Shown in pieces: positions 28,409 to 38,884 of a stretch of DNA of 64,000 nt. The notes below the pieces were generated by a model. That model worked only from the letters and a program-made list of their open reading frames with translations. It did not search any database and was not told the origin of the DNA. A program made the position numbers and the translations under genes. Origin of the DNA: Alphaproteobacteria bacterium (GTDB lineage Bacteria > Pseudomonadota > Alphaproteobacteria > RF32 > CAG-239); assembly GCA_017470165.1 (NCBI GenBank), contig JAFUEX010000012.1, forward strand, positions 8,149-72,148, written 5' to 3'. Position 1 is the first letter of the stretch. Every line of letters begins with the position of its first letter.

Positions 28409-28484
28409 TTTGGTTGATTCCTGATTACTTTGGTAGTATAGATGTTTCTTGAAGACGGAGCAATTTATATTTGAAAGTTATCAA

Positions 28485-29192
28485 ATGCGAAAATACAAAA
28501 ATATTGTGATATTGACCGGTGCCGGCATTTCGGCAGAATCCGGACTGAGCACCTTTCGGGCGGAAAACGGCTTATGGAACAATCATCGGGTGGAAGATGT
28601 GGCAACCTATGAGGCGTTTATACGTAATCCGGAATATGTGCACGCATTTTATAACGAGATGAAACCGGAACTATACCGCGCTAAACCCAACAGTGCGCAT
28701 CTGGCCTTAAGCCGCCTGCAACAAGAATATGACACCGCAAAAGTTGATATCATCACACAAAATATCGACACTTTGCACGAGAAAGCGGGCAGTCGGAATA
28801 TTTATCACATTCATGGAGTGATAAATCAAGCGGTGTGTCTTAATTGCTATCGGATAATGGAAAGCTGGGGCGATGTGGATACACAGACAATTTGCCCGCA
28901 TTGTCAGATAAGCGGGATGATGAAACCGAATATTGTGTTTTTCGGCGAGGATTTGTTGGAGATGGACAAGGTGGATGGCATCTTGCGCCGGTGCGATTTG
29001 TTTCTGTCGGTGGGAACATCCGGCGTAGTGTTTCCGGCCGCGGCATTTGTGCAAACTGCTAAATATTACGGAGCCGAAACGGTGGAATTTAATTTGGAAA
29101 CCACTTCAAACAATTTTTATTTTGACCACCATATCCAAGGAAAAGCCGGCACCACCCTCCCCGCCTTTGTTGATGAGTTGTTGCAAAATTGA
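28485..29192 (+). CDS. cobB: NAD-dependent protein deacylase (Sir2/CobB)
   Basis: It has ILTGAGISAESGLSTFR, QNIDTLH and the Zn ribbon CLNC...CPHC. I prefer the ATG at 28485 over the TTG at 28449. Confidence 0.9.
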   Translation: MRKYKNIVILTGAGISAESGLSTFRAENGLWNNHRVEDVATYEAFIRNPEYVHAFYNEMKPELYRAKPNSAHLALSRLQQEYDTAKVDIITQNIDTLHEKAGSRNIYHIHGVINQAVCLNCYRIMESWGDVDTQTICPHCQISGMMKPNIVFFGEDLLEMDKVDGILRRCDLFLSVGTSGVVFPAAAFVQTAKYYGAETVEFNLETTSNNFYFDHHIQGKAGTTLPAFVDELLQN

Positions 29193-29240
29193 TGATAACG
29201 GCTTTTTTAACACCTTAGGATGGTGCGGCAAAGCAGCACC

Positions 29241-30482
29241 TTAGCGCGATTTGGTATATGCTTTTATTATTTCTTTAACTATTTTCACTATCCAGTTGAA
29301 AAGACGTCTTTTTTGTGCTTTGGTTAAAGTGCTCCAAGCATCAGAAAACCAGCTTTTTTTTCTCACGTTTGTACTTACCGACTTTTCGTCTTTCGGGTGA
29401 GTATCAGCAGGGGGGAGTTCATTGCTGACCGCGGGCATTGGTTTGATTTTGCAGCGATACGGCGAAAGCATTGCTGCAATGTTTTCATCAGAGATATAAG
29501 CACCATGTGCGCGTTTGAGGTTGCCGTCGGAGGCTAAAAACAAACAATCGCCGCGGCCAATCAAATTTTCGGCTCCGACTGTATCCAAAATGGTGCGAGA
29601 ATCCGTGCCGGAAGCGGTTTTGTAGGCCAATCGAGAGGGAAAATTAGCCTTGAGCACGCCGGTTACCACATCAACCGACGGCCTTTGGGTGGCCATAATC
29701 AGATGGATGCCGGCCGCCCTCGCCTTTTGAGCCAGCCGCTGCACATAGCTTGCAATGTTTTTATCCGATGACATAAGGTCGGCAAACTCATCAATAACAC
29801 ACACGATATAAGGCATAACCTCAGATGCTTTGGCGTTGTATTCATCGATGTTTTTGACCAAATTGTCTTGCATTACGGAAAAACGGTGTTCCATCTCATC
29901 AACCAGATTTTTCAGCGCCGCCACCGCCAAACCATTGTCGCTGATTACCGGATAAAGCAGATATTTTTGGTCGTTATAGATAGTAAACTCAATGCGCTTG
30001 GGGTCAATCATCACCAATTTAAGCTCTGAGGGTGTTTTGCGAGCAATCAGCGAGAGAACAAAGGTATTGAGCCCGACCGATTTGCCGGAACCGGTAGTGC
30101 CGGCTACCAGCAGATGCGGCATTTTGGCCAAATCGGCAAATAAAGGCTTACCGGTAATATCGGCTCCTAAACATATCGGCAACTCGCCCTTGGCCGAACG
30201 AAAATCGGCAGTGTCTAAAATCTGCTTAAAATCGACGGTTGCAAACTCGGTGTTGGGTATCTCAAAGCCTAAATCAGTGCTGTTTTCGATTGCCTCAACT
30301 CGCAAGGATTTTTGCTTGAGTTCACGGGCAATATCTTCCAGATGCGCAGTAATGTTTTTCAGCTTGGTGCCGGCTTTGGGAACAAACACGATTTGAGTTA
30401 CCAAGGGACCGCGATTGATGCCGCGCTCAGTGCCGAAGATGCCATAATGGCTCAAAACTTCTTCCAGTTCAGTCATAAACAA
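29241..30482 (-). CDS. FtsK/SpoIIIE-family DNA translocase, motor (alpha/beta) domains only
   Basis: 413 aa with Walker A AGTTGSGKSV, Walker B VCVIDEFADL and GIHLIMATQRPSVDV. There is no N-terminal TM region and no recognisable gamma wHTH. The tail is basic. Confidence 0.85.
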   Translation of the reverse strand: MFMTELEEVLSHYGIFGTERGINRGPLVTQIVFVPKAGTKLKNITAHLEDIARELKQKSLRVEAIENSTDLGFEIPNTEFATVDFKQILDTADFRSAKGELPICLGADITGKPLFADLAKMPHLLVAGTTGSGKSVGLNTFVLSLIARKTPSELKLVMIDPKRIEFTIYNDQKYLLYPVISDNGLAVAALKNLVDEMEHRFSVMQDNLVKNIDEYNAKASEVMPYIVCVIDEFADLMSSDKNIASYVQRLAQKARAAGIHLIMATQRPSVDVVTGVLKANFPSRLAYKTASGTDSRTILDTVGAENLIGRGDCLFLASDGNLKRAHGAYISDENIAAMLSPYRCKIKPMPAVSNELPPADTHPKDEKSVSTNVRKKSWFSDAWSTLTKAQKRRLFNWIVKIVKEIIKAYTKSR

Positions 30483-30582
30483 ATGTCCTTAAATATATAT
30501 TGCACAACAAAATATTTGACTTTACTTTTAACAATTTGAAAGATAAAAACAAGTGAAAAAATGCAATTAATCAGAGGGATTG

Positions 30583-31965
30583 ATGATAAAAAACTTAACC
30601 AAAGGCTCTCCGCTTAAACTGATTGTGATGTTTGCCATGCCGATTTTAATCGGCAACTTGTTTCAGCAATTGTTTCATATTTCGGATATTTTGATTGTGG
30701 GGCGATTGCTGGGGGTTAAGTCGTTGGCGGCGGTCGGTTCGTCGGCTCCGCTGATATTTATGTTTTTGATGGTGGCGTTCGGGTTTACTTCGGGGCTGAC
30801 CATTATCACGGCACAACGCTTTGGTGCGCATGATGAAAAAGGCATCAAATCGTCGGTTTTTCATTCATTAACAGCGGCAGGTGTGCTGAGTTTGACGGTC
30901 AGCACGTTTTTTATCGCCTGTCTGAGGTATTTGCTCAGATATATGAACATCCCCGAAGAAATTATGGATCAGGCTTATAGCTTTACGCTGATTTTGGGGC
31001 TGGCGATGACGCCGGTGATATTATACAACCTGCTATCAGGGTTTATTCGGGCGCTGGGGGATGCCAAAACTCCGCTGTATTTTTTGATTTTTTGCTCGTT
31101 GATTAACATCGCTCTGAATTTTGTATTTATCTACTATTGCGGGTTGGGCGTGGCCGGTTCGGCCTTGGGGTCGTGCTGCTCGATGTTGCTGACGGTAGCC
31201 GCCTGTGTGTGGATTATTGCTAAAAGATTTCCGCTGTTAAAAATCAGTTTGGCCGATTGCCGTTATAATCACAAATTTATGCTGGAACATCTGAAAGTGG
31301 CAGCTCCGATGGCAGTGCAATTTTCGATTTTGGCGCTGAGTATGATGATTATCCAGAGTGTGTGTAATTCTTTCGGCACGGAGGTGATTGCCGGATTTAC
31401 CGCGGCGCTACGCATTGAGCAGATATCTACCCAGCCGGTGTTTGCCATTGGTGTGGCCTTTGCCACCTATGCAGCACAAAACTATGGTGCCGCCCTGATA
31501 AAGCGTATCAGGCAAGGGGTTAGACAGTGCTTGGCGGCCTGTTTGGTGCTGAGTGTACTCATATCGTTGGGAGTGCGTTTTTTCGGCACCCATTTGGTGG
31601 GAGCGTTTATTGAAGGAGGAGATGAAGGGATTATCACCATAGGGCAGCAATATCTGATGATAAGCTCGTATTTTTATTTCTTTTTGGCGTGTATTTTTAT
31701 CACCCGCAACGCGCTGCAAGGGATGGGGCGTCCTTCGATTCCGCTGGCCTCAGGAGTATTTGAGTTGATAATCAGGGCGTTTGCTGCGGTTTATTTGGCC
31801 AATATCATCGGCTATTACGGCATATTTTGGGCCGGACCAATTGCTTGGGTCGGCGGCGCATTGGTAACCTCTTTGGGATATTGGTGGACCATTACTCACC
31901 TGAACAACGGTGATATGCGCGGAATTTTTGCTCGCAAAAAGGCGCTGCAAAAAGCCGGTTGTTGA
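30583..31965 (+). CDS. MATE family efflux transporter
   Basis: 12-TM protein with N-terminus PLKLIVMFAMPILIGNLFQQLFHISDILIVGRLLG, typical of MATE. Confidence 0.85.
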   Translation: MIKNLTKGSPLKLIVMFAMPILIGNLFQQLFHISDILIVGRLLGVKSLAAVGSSAPLIFMFLMVAFGFTSGLTIITAQRFGAHDEKGIKSSVFHSLTAAGVLSLTVSTFFIACLRYLLRYMNIPEEIMDQAYSFTLILGLAMTPVILYNLLSGFIRALGDAKTPLYFLIFCSLINIALNFVFIYYCGLGVAGSALGSCCSMLLTVAACVWIIAKRFPLLKISLADCRYNHKFMLEHLKVAAPMAVQFSILALSMMIIQSVCNSFGTEVIAGFTAALRIEQISTQPVFAIGVAFATYAAQNYGAALIKRIRQGVRQCLAACLVLSVLISLGVRFFGTHLVGAFIEGGDEGIITIGQQYLMISSYFYFFLACIFITRNALQGMGRPSIPLASGVFELIIRAFAAVYLANIIGYYGIFWAGPIAWVGGALVTSLGYWWTITHLNNGDMRGIFARKKALQKAGC

Positions 31966-32043
31966 TTACCGATACAAAAGTACGAAAAAAAATCCCCCGC
32001 CGTGGTTCAACCCAAACGAGGGATTTTGTTTGTTTGCTTCAGG

Positions 32044-32625
32044 TTAAAAAGAATATCTTAAACCTGCAGTTACTTCAGCCGCATGGTTGAGGTCGGAAGC
32101 GCCGATATAAGCATAGCGACCGACAATACGGGCAGAAACCTGCTGAGTGATGTTATACATGGCGCCGCCGCCGATACGCCAACCGATGTGGTTGTTGGTA
32201 TCGTTGACATCACCGTTGAAGCCTTTGTAGTAATAATCGGCAACACCGATGGTGCCCAACAGCTCGTATTTACCCTCACACCCCAAAGGCAAATAGCCGT
32301 ACATATCCAAACCGTAAGCATTGACACGGGTTTTGATTTTGCCCTCGACGGTGTCTTTGGTGCGGCCGAAACTCCACTGTCCGAACACCTCGCCACCGAC
32401 ATTGTCAACGCGGGTACCAAAGTTTACCAAACCGGAATGATAGGATTTTTTGGCATCATGCAGGCTGCCTTTGAAGTCAAAATCATCAAAAGCATAATCT
32501 GCACCGACATAAACTTTGGCATTTTGCGACATATGGTCAGCTTTGTTGGAAAACCAGTTGGCCGCTTGGGCTTGGGTGGTCATCAAAGCGCAGGCAACAC
32601 CTGCAAGTAATAATGTCTTTTTCAT
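32044..32625 (-). CDS. small outer-membrane beta-barrel protein (Omp25/OmpA-barrel-like)
   Basis: It has the signal peptide MKKTLLLAGVACALMTTQAQA, alternating aromatic/Gly strands and a C-terminal ...GLRYSF. Confidence 0.75.
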   Translation of the reverse strand: MKKTLLLAGVACALMTTQAQAANWFSNKADHMSQNAKVYVGADYAFDDFDFKGSLHDAKKSYHSGLVNFGTRVDNVGGEVFGQWSFGRTKDTVEGKIKTRVNAYGLDMYGYLPLGCEGKYELLGTIGVADYYYKGFNGDVNDTNNHIGWRIGGGAMYNITQQVSARIVGRYAYIGASDLNHAAEVTAGLRYSF

Positions 32626-32912
32626 ATTATTTAAAACTCCATTTATAAATAGGTTTCTTGTTATAACTAATAGTCCTATTTAAACCGAGCTTTTATTCGG
32701 TTTGCAAAATTTAGATAATTCGCATAAATAAATTTTAAAGGGGGTGAGGAAAATATTTTTTTATTTCAAGCGCAACTGCTTATATATTTTCCTTTTAATA
32801 CCGGTTATGCCAAAATAATCAAGGAAATGTTTAATCCATCAGGCGTCTTTTTCATAAAATATTAAATAGTGCAATGTTATGCTAAACTATGGATTAATTT
32901 TTTATATAAAGG

Positions 32913-33557
32913 ATGAAAAGCACTATGTTCTGCGCACCGCAAAAAAACTGCAGTCTCTGCCCGCGTTTGGTGGAGTTTCGGCAAAACAACATCCGTAAAT
33001 TTCCCGCCTATTACAATGCGCCGGTGCCCTCGTTCGGCGATATTTCGGCAAGGTTGCTGGTGGTGGGATTGGCTCCGGGGCTGAACGGAGCCAATCAAAC
33101 CGGACGGCCTTTTACCAATGACTATGCCGGAGATATTTTATATCCGGCGCTGAAAAAATGCGGATTGGCCAAGGGTAAATATGCCAAACGCGCCGATGAC
33201 GGCTTTGAACTGCAAGATGTCCGCATAACCAATGCCGTGCGCTGTGTGCCGCCGCTAAACAAAGTTACCGGTGATGAGGTAAAAACCTGCGGCGAATTTT
33301 TGGTGCAAGAGATTGCCGCCATGCCTAATCTTAAAGTTATCCTAACCTTAGGCAGCGTGGCGCATAATGCCGTGTTGGGGGCATTGGGCTACAAAAAATC
33401 GGGTTTTAAGTTTGCCCATGGAGCCAAGCACCTGCTGTTTAAGCACAATATTTATATGATAAACTCTTATCACACTTCGCGCTATAACATCAACACCGGA
33501 GTTTTAAGCGAGGAAATGTTTGCCGAGGCGTTGAACCGCGCGGTCGCCCTGCTCTAA
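32913..33557 (+). CDS. uracil-DNA glycosylase superfamily protein (family 4/5 type, Fe-S)
   Basis: It has CSLCPRL, then GLAPGLNGANQTGRPFT, then SYHTSRYN. The stop overlaps the rnfA stop convergently. Confidence 0.8.
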   Translation: MKSTMFCAPQKNCSLCPRLVEFRQNNIRKFPAYYNAPVPSFGDISARLLVVGLAPGLNGANQTGRPFTNDYAGDILYPALKKCGLAKGKYAKRADDGFELQDVRITNAVRCVPPLNKVTGDEVKTCGEFLVQEIAAMPNLKVILTLGSVAHNAVLGALGYKKSGFKFAHGAKHLLFKHNIYMINSYHTSRYNINTGVLSEEMFAEALNRAVALL

Positions 33558-34129
33558 TAAGATATTCCGGCAAACCCCATAAATGCCATCGACAACAAGG
33601 CAGCGGTTATCAGAACTATCGGTGTGCCTTGCATCAGCTTAGGTATCGGAGTGCGCTCCAAGCGCTCGCGGATACCGGCAAAGATAACTATCGCTAATGT
33701 AAAGCCCAAAGCAGCAGCCAAACAATAACAAATGCCGGCAATCAGTGAAAAATTCTTTTGAATGGTGAGGATGGCAATGCCCAGCACCGCACAGTTGGTG
33801 GTAATCAGCGGTAAAAAAATCCCTAGTGCCTGATAGAGCGCCGGTGAGCTTTTTTTCAAAATTATCTCTACCATCTGTACCAAGGAGGCAATAACCAAAA
33901 TAAAGGCCACGGTAGTCATAAACTGCAAACCAAGCGGCTGCAAAAAGGTATAATACAGCAAAAACGTTACAACAGTGGACAAGGTCATAACAAAAGTTAC
34001 CGCCATTCCCATACCCAAGGCCGTGGATATCTTCTTGGAAACGCCCAAAAACGGACATATTCCTAAAAACTGTGACAATATAATGTTGTTGACAAAAATG
34101 CCGGTTATAAAAATCATCAGATAGGACAT
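33554..34129 (-). CDS. rnfA: Rnf electron transport complex subunit A
   Basis: 191-aa polytopic protein with NNIILSQFLGICPFLGVS. Confidence 0.9.
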   Translation of the reverse strand: MSYLMIFITGIFVNNIILSQFLGICPFLGVSKKISTALGMGMAVTFVMTLSTVVTFLLYYTFLQPLGLQFMTTVAFILVIASLVQMVEIILKKSSPALYQALGIFLPLITTNCAVLGIAILTIQKNFSLIAGICYCLAAALGFTLAIVIFAGIRERLERTPIPKLMQGTPIVLITAALLSMAFMGFAGISY

Positions 34130-34726
34130 TTATTTCTCCCCTTTCAACCGGTTGACAACCGCAATAATTCCACCCAAGGCCAAAAATGCTCCCGGCGGCA
34201 TAATAAACAACAATATAGGCGAAGCATTTTCCGACAAAAATGACCAGCCAAACAGCGAACCGTTGCCCAGCATCTCGCGCAGACTGCCCAGCAAGGTGAG
34301 TGCCAAAGTAAAGCCCAGCCCCATACCGATAGCATCCAGCAACGACTGGAAGACACTATGTTTGGAGGCAAAGGCTTCGGCCCGTCCGAGAATAATGCAA
34401 TTTACCACAATTAAGGGAATATAAATTCCCAAGGCATCGTACATTAAAGGCGCATAGGCCTGCATCAACATTTCCAATATTGTGACAAACGAAGCGATAA
34501 TCACAATAAACGAGGGGATACGCACAATATCGGGAATAAAAGACTTAACGGCGGCTATTGCTATATTGGAAAGCATCAGCACCAAAAGAGTGGCCAATCC
34601 CATCCCCAAACCATTGCCGGCCGAAGTGGTAACTCCCAAGGTGGGACACATCCCCAGCAACATCACCAAAACCGGATTTTCGCGGATAATGCCGCGAGTG
34701 AGGTTTTCCATTGATTTATTTGTCAT
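34130..34726 (-). CDS. rnfE: Rnf complex subunit E
   Basis: It has ENPVLVMLLGMCPTLGVT. I prefer the ATG at 34726 (gaggtg SD) over 34762. Confidence 0.9.
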   Translation of the reverse strand: MTNKSMENLTRGIIRENPVLVMLLGMCPTLGVTTSAGNGLGMGLATLLVLMLSNIAIAAVKSFIPDIVRIPSFIVIIASFVTILEMLMQAYAPLMYDALGIYIPLIVVNCIILGRAEAFASKHSVFQSLLDAIGMGLGFTLALTLLGSLREMLGNGSLFGWSFLSENASPILLFIMPPGAFLALGGIIAVVNRLKGEK

Positions 34727-35303
34727 CATCACCTCTTGAATTAAAATTGTGGAACGCAGCAAAGGCTCTCTCTATGGCTCTGAGCACAGCGCGCGAACTG
34801 ATGGTGGCTGCGGTGACAGCATCTACATCACCGCCGTCTTGCCGCACTTTGAGAATTTGTTTTTGCGGGTGAAAACCGTTTAACTGCGATTTGAACCGCG
34901 GCTCGTCGGTCTTGGAACCCAAACCGGGGGTTTCGTTAGACGATATAATTTTGAAAGTTTTGATAGAGCCATCGACATTAAATCCGGTCATCAAATCAAT
35001 CCGCCCGCCGAATCCGGTGTTGGTATAGCTTTTGATGGCAACTGCATTCAGTTTACCATCCAAACGTGCCGGATACATCTCAAATTTTTGCTTTTTATCG
35101 GGAGTGGTGATAAGCTGCTTTTCGGCATAAGGGTCGTTATCAAACTCGCCGGCCACCTCAGAAATTGCCGCCAAGATTTTGGCATTTTGCGCCGCAGCTA
35201 TCGGTTTAAGGGTGGAATAATGAACAAAGCCCAGCATCATTGCCATTATGGCCGAGATTCCTCCTAATACCGCCACCGGTTTGATAATTGTTCGGTTCAT
35301 CAT
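34716..35303 (-). CDS. rnfG: Rnf complex subunit G (FMN-binding)
   Basis: It has one N-terminal TM helix and an FMN-attachment region: ETPGLGSK ... DAVTAATISSRAV. Confidence 0.85.
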   Translation of the reverse strand: MMNRTIIKPVAVLGGISAIMAMMLGFVHYSTLKPIAAAQNAKILAAISEVAGEFDNDPYAEKQLITTPDKKQKFEMYPARLDGKLNAVAIKSYTNTGFGGRIDLMTGFNVDGSIKTFKIISSNETPGLGSKTDEPRFKSQLNGFHPQKQILKVRQDGGDVDAVTAATISSRAVLRAIERAFAAFHNFNSRGDDDK

Positions 35304-36289
35304 TTTTTCTCCCCGTAAAAACGTTGAACGGCATAACGGTCAATCAACGGCACAAGCGCGTTCATAATCAATATAGCAAAAGACACTCCCTCAGGATAAG
35401 CACTGAAGGCGCGGATAACTACCGTTAAAACCCCGCATCCGACGGCAAAAATCAGCTGTCCTTTAATCGTCATCGGCGAGGTGGTATAGTCGGTAGCCAT
35501 AAAAATTGCCCCCAACAGCAATCCGCCGGACAAAAGATGCGGTAAGGGCAAAAAGCGCTCATTGCCGGTGAATACATACAATATTCCGACCAACGCCACT
35601 ACCGTTGAGATATAAACCACTGGAATGTGCCAAGTTATAACCTTGCGAAAAATCAGCCAGCCGCCGCCCAGCAACAATGCCAAAGCCGAAATCTCGCCGA
35701 TACAGCCGCCGGTGTTGCCGATAAACATATCAAACAGGTTGGGCAAATCATCAAGAGTGTACATTTGCTGAGCCCCATCCGAAACCTTACCGAAAGTTTT
35801 GAGCATTCGCAAGGTTGTGGCACCGGTTCTGCCATCCGGAGCAAACAAACTCCCCCAATGCGGAAGCGGCCAATTGGTCATCTGTACCGGAAATGAAATG
35901 AACAAAAACACCCTGCCCGCCAAGGCCGGATTGAATATATTGCAGCCCAAACCGCCAAAACACATCTTGGTGATGACAATCGCGACAAATGCGCCGATTA
36001 AAATCATCCAGCAAGGCATACTCGACGGCAGATTATAAGCCAGCAGCAAGCCGGTTATAACCGCAGAATAATCACCGGTCGTGTTGGGAATTTTGAACCA
36101 ATAGCGACAGACGAGATATTCAAACATTACACAAGCTGCAACTGAAGTGAGGATGACCGTCAGCGCCTCAATACCGAAAAACGCCACGGCCGCCAAAGCA
36201 GCCGGCAATAGCGCGATGACAACATCGCGCATCAACGAACGAGTGTCGCGCGGGGTTTGAAGGTGCGGTGAAGTGGATATTTTTAACAT
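35300..36289 (-). CDS. rnfD: Rnf complex subunit D
   Basis: MLKISTSPHLQTPRDT...ALLPA matches the RnfD/RsxD N-terminus, with the FMN site ...ATDYTTSP. I prefer the ATG at 36289 over 36382. Confidence 0.9.
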   Translation of the reverse strand: MLKISTSPHLQTPRDTRSLMRDVVIALLPAALAAVAFFGIEALTVILTSVAACVMFEYLVCRYWFKIPNTTGDYSAVITGLLLAYNLPSSMPCWMILIGAFVAIVITKMCFGGLGCNIFNPALAGRVFLFISFPVQMTNWPLPHWGSLFAPDGRTGATTLRMLKTFGKVSDGAQQMYTLDDLPNLFDMFIGNTGGCIGEISALALLLGGGWLIFRKVITWHIPVVYISTVVALVGILYVFTGNERFLPLPHLLSGGLLLGAIFMATDYTTSPMTIKGQLIFAVGCGVLTVVIRAFSAYPEGVSFAILIMNALVPLIDRYAVQRFYGEKK

Positions 36290-36294
36290 AAGGT

Positions 36295-37617
36295 TTATTT
36301 CTTTCGTAGTTCTTGTTTGGCTAATTTGCAATAATCCAATAACGGCAAATGCGCCGGACAGGTATAAGCGCAGCAGCCGCACTCAATGCATTCGGCAGCG
36401 TGCAACCGCCGCAGCTCATCAATTCCGCCGTCATAAAGCATAGCATCTTTGATGACATAGGGGCGCAAACCTGCCGGACAAACGCGGGCGCACTGGGCAC
36501 AACGAATGCAGGAAGTTGACGGTTGTTTACAAAACTGAGCACCGGAAAGCAGCAACACTCCTGATGTTAGTTTGGTGACCGGTGCATTGATATTGGTGAT
36601 GGGTGTGCCCATCATCGGTCCGCCTAAGATAATTTTATCAAGCCCTGCAACATCGCTCAAGGTTTTGTCGATGAGATAGGACACCGGCGTACCCACCCGC
36701 ACCAAATAGTTGGAGGGATTGGCGCAGGCATTACCAGAAACGGTTACCACCCTCTCAAATAAAGGCTTGTTTTTCAACACCGCCTCATATACCGCATTGA
36801 CCGTACCGACATTTTGCACCACGCAACCGGTGTCAATCGGCAATTTGCCGGAGGGAACTTCGCGGCCGGTAATAGCGCGGATGAGCTGTTTTTCTCCGCC
36901 TTGCGGATATTTGGTTTGACAAACACGGACATTCACCCCGACATAAAGTTTGCTCAAACGCTGCAGTTCGGCAATGGCCGCCGGTTTGTTCTCATCAATG
37001 GCAATAATGGCATTTTGAATTCCCAAAGCTCGATTGAGCAGACGCGCACCAACGATTATTTGCTCGGCTTTTTCCACCATCAGGCGGTCATCCGCCGTCA
37101 AAAACGGCTCGCACTCAATCCCGTTAACAATCAATATCTCAGCTTTTTTACCCTCGGGAACCGAAGTTTTAATCGGGGTGGGAAAACCGGCACCGCCCAT
37201 ACCCACAATACCGCTTTCACGGATTTTTTGGACAATCTCCTGCGGTGAGAGGTTAATCTCCCGAACAATTGCGGTTGAGCGGTCAATGGATTTTTCCCAA
37301 TCATCTCCCTCAACCTTGATGGTTATCATTGTTTCTTCATAACCGGCAGCATTAGGAGTGGTTTCCATCTTGATGATTTCGCCGGATACCGAAGAGTGCA
37401 CATCCGAAGAAACCACCCCGTCAAAATCAGCCAGCAGCGTGCCGACTTTTACCTTGTCGCCCTTGGCAACAATAATTTTGGAGGGGGCTCCGATGTGTTG
37501 TTTAACGGGAATTGTTACAAATTCCGGCAGACCGGCCTCAATAATCGCCGAAGCTGAGGTGAGTTTATATTTGTTGACGTGAATCCCCCCCATCGGAAAA
37601 GTATATTTCTTAAGCAT
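36295..37617 (-). CDS. rnfC: Rnf complex subunit C (NADH-binding, 2x[4Fe-4S])
   Basis: It has GIVGMGGAGFPT and two ferredoxin motifs, CIRCAQCARVCP and CIECGCCAYTCP. Confidence 0.9.
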   Translation of the reverse strand: MLKKYTFPMGGIHVNKYKLTSASAIIEAGLPEFVTIPVKQHIGAPSKIIVAKGDKVKVGTLLADFDGVVSSDVHSSVSGEIIKMETTPNAAGYEETMITIKVEGDDWEKSIDRSTAIVREINLSPQEIVQKIRESGIVGMGGAGFPTPIKTSVPEGKKAEILIVNGIECEPFLTADDRLMVEKAEQIIVGARLLNRALGIQNAIIAIDENKPAAIAELQRLSKLYVGVNVRVCQTKYPQGGEKQLIRAITGREVPSGKLPIDTGCVVQNVGTVNAVYEAVLKNKPLFERVVTVSGNACANPSNYLVRVGTPVSYLIDKTLSDVAGLDKIILGGPMMGTPITNINAPVTKLTSGVLLLSGAQFCKQPSTSCIRCAQCARVCPAGLRPYVIKDAMLYDGGIDELRRLHAAECIECGCCAYTCPAHLPLLDYCKLAKQELRKK

Positions 37618-38449
37618 CGGCCTTCTCCTTATAAACTATAGCACCGGTGGGACAGGTATCTCTAAGCTCGGCCCCGCAAGCATCTGCGTCGACTTCCGGC
37701 GGAATGGTCGAGAGATTATTCTCTACCACAACCTTGGGATTGAGACGAAAACATTTGGCGCAGCCGATGCAGGCATTGCGGCAATTTTTGCGAGCAATTG
37801 CTCCTTTTTGTATATTGCGGCAAGCGGTATAAACCAAAGCGCCTTTAGGGCTTAAGGGACGCAGCTCGAACAAAGCGCGCGGACAGGCCTTAACACAGGC
37901 GCCGCAAGCTGTACACAGCTTGGTATTTACCACCGGCAACATTGTTGCTTTGTCAAAAGAAAGCGCACCGAATTTGCACATTTTAACACAATCGCCCAAA
38001 TGTAAACACCCTTGAGGACATCCGCTGGAACCGATGGAAATCTGACCGGCAATACGGCAGGATGAAACCGCGTCATAGCTGACTTTGGACGGGGCAGCAG
38101 CACAATCGCCCTGACAGCGCAGTACCGCCACTTTGCGAGCTCCGCCGCCAAAATTAAAACCTTTGCGGACAGCAATTTTGCTCATTACCGCATTGCCGCC
38201 TACCGGACACAACAAACCGGAAAACTCCTCCTCATCGGCTTTGGCACAGGCACGGGCAAAATCCGCACATCCGGCAAAACCGCACCCCCCGCAGTTGGCT
38301 TGCGGCAAAAGTTGGGCAATGTCATCGGCCAAAACATCCGGTTCTACCTTAAATTTTTGCGAAACCAAATACAAAACAACCGCAGAGATAAGCGCAACTC
38401 CGCCCAAGATTCCCACATTTGTCAACAAGGCATATATCATATCGTTCAC
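37610..38449 (-). CDS. rnfB: Rnf complex subunit B (polyferredoxin)
   Basis: It has an N-terminal TM helix, CGGCGFAGC and several CxxCxxCxxxCP motifs. Confidence 0.9.
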   Translation of the reverse strand: MNDMIYALLTNVGILGGVALISAVVLYLVSQKFKVEPDVLADDIAQLLPQANCGGCGFAGCADFARACAKADEEEFSGLLCPVGGNAVMSKIAVRKGFNFGGGARKVAVLRCQGDCAAAPSKVSYDAVSSCRIAGQISIGSSGCPQGCLHLGDCVKMCKFGALSFDKATMLPVVNTKLCTACGACVKACPRALFELRPLSPKGALVYTACRNIQKGAIARKNCRNACIGCAKCFRLNPKVVVENNLSTIPPEVDADACGAELRDTCPTGAIVYKEKADA

Positions 38450-38859
38450 ATTTTCTTTATATCATATTCAACACTACAACCCAAAATATCTCGGCAAGAT
38501 GATATTACATAATAGCAGAGAATCAAGACAATTATTCCACATATACCACTGATGTAATCGGCAAAACCGAGCAAATGCATCAATATCACGGCCGCCAACA
38601 TTGCTGCCAGTGGTATAAGATAGCCTATCAGGGCCGCTTTGAGAAGAGAGGCATCGCTGAGCGAAACTTTTAGGCGACTGCCGATGGCAAAAGCTGCCGA
38701 ATCGTCAACCGGTAATTTCATCTCGCGCAGGGAGGCTTTGTCAGGATGACAATGGCGGCGCAAATCGCAAGACTGACAGGCCTCACAAGAGGTATTATCA
38801 ACTTGGATATTCAAGTATCCGTCTTGGTTATTGATAACGATTCCGGTTATGGTTTGCAC
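38446..38859 (-). CDS. RseC/MucC-family (SoxR-reducing system) membrane protein
   Basis: 137 aa with N-terminal ...GYLNIQVDNTSCEACQSC and two C-terminal TM helices. It overlaps the rnfB start by 4 nt. Confidence 0.7.
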   Translation of the reverse strand: MQTITGIVINNQDGYLNIQVDNTSCEACQSCDLRRHCHPDKASLREMKLPVDDSAAFAIGSRLKVSLSDASLLKAALIGYLIPLAAMLAAVILMHLLGFADYISGICGIIVLILCYYVISSCRDILGCSVEYDIKKM

Positions 38860-38884
38860 TTCAAATTTCCTTAAAAGAACTGTC

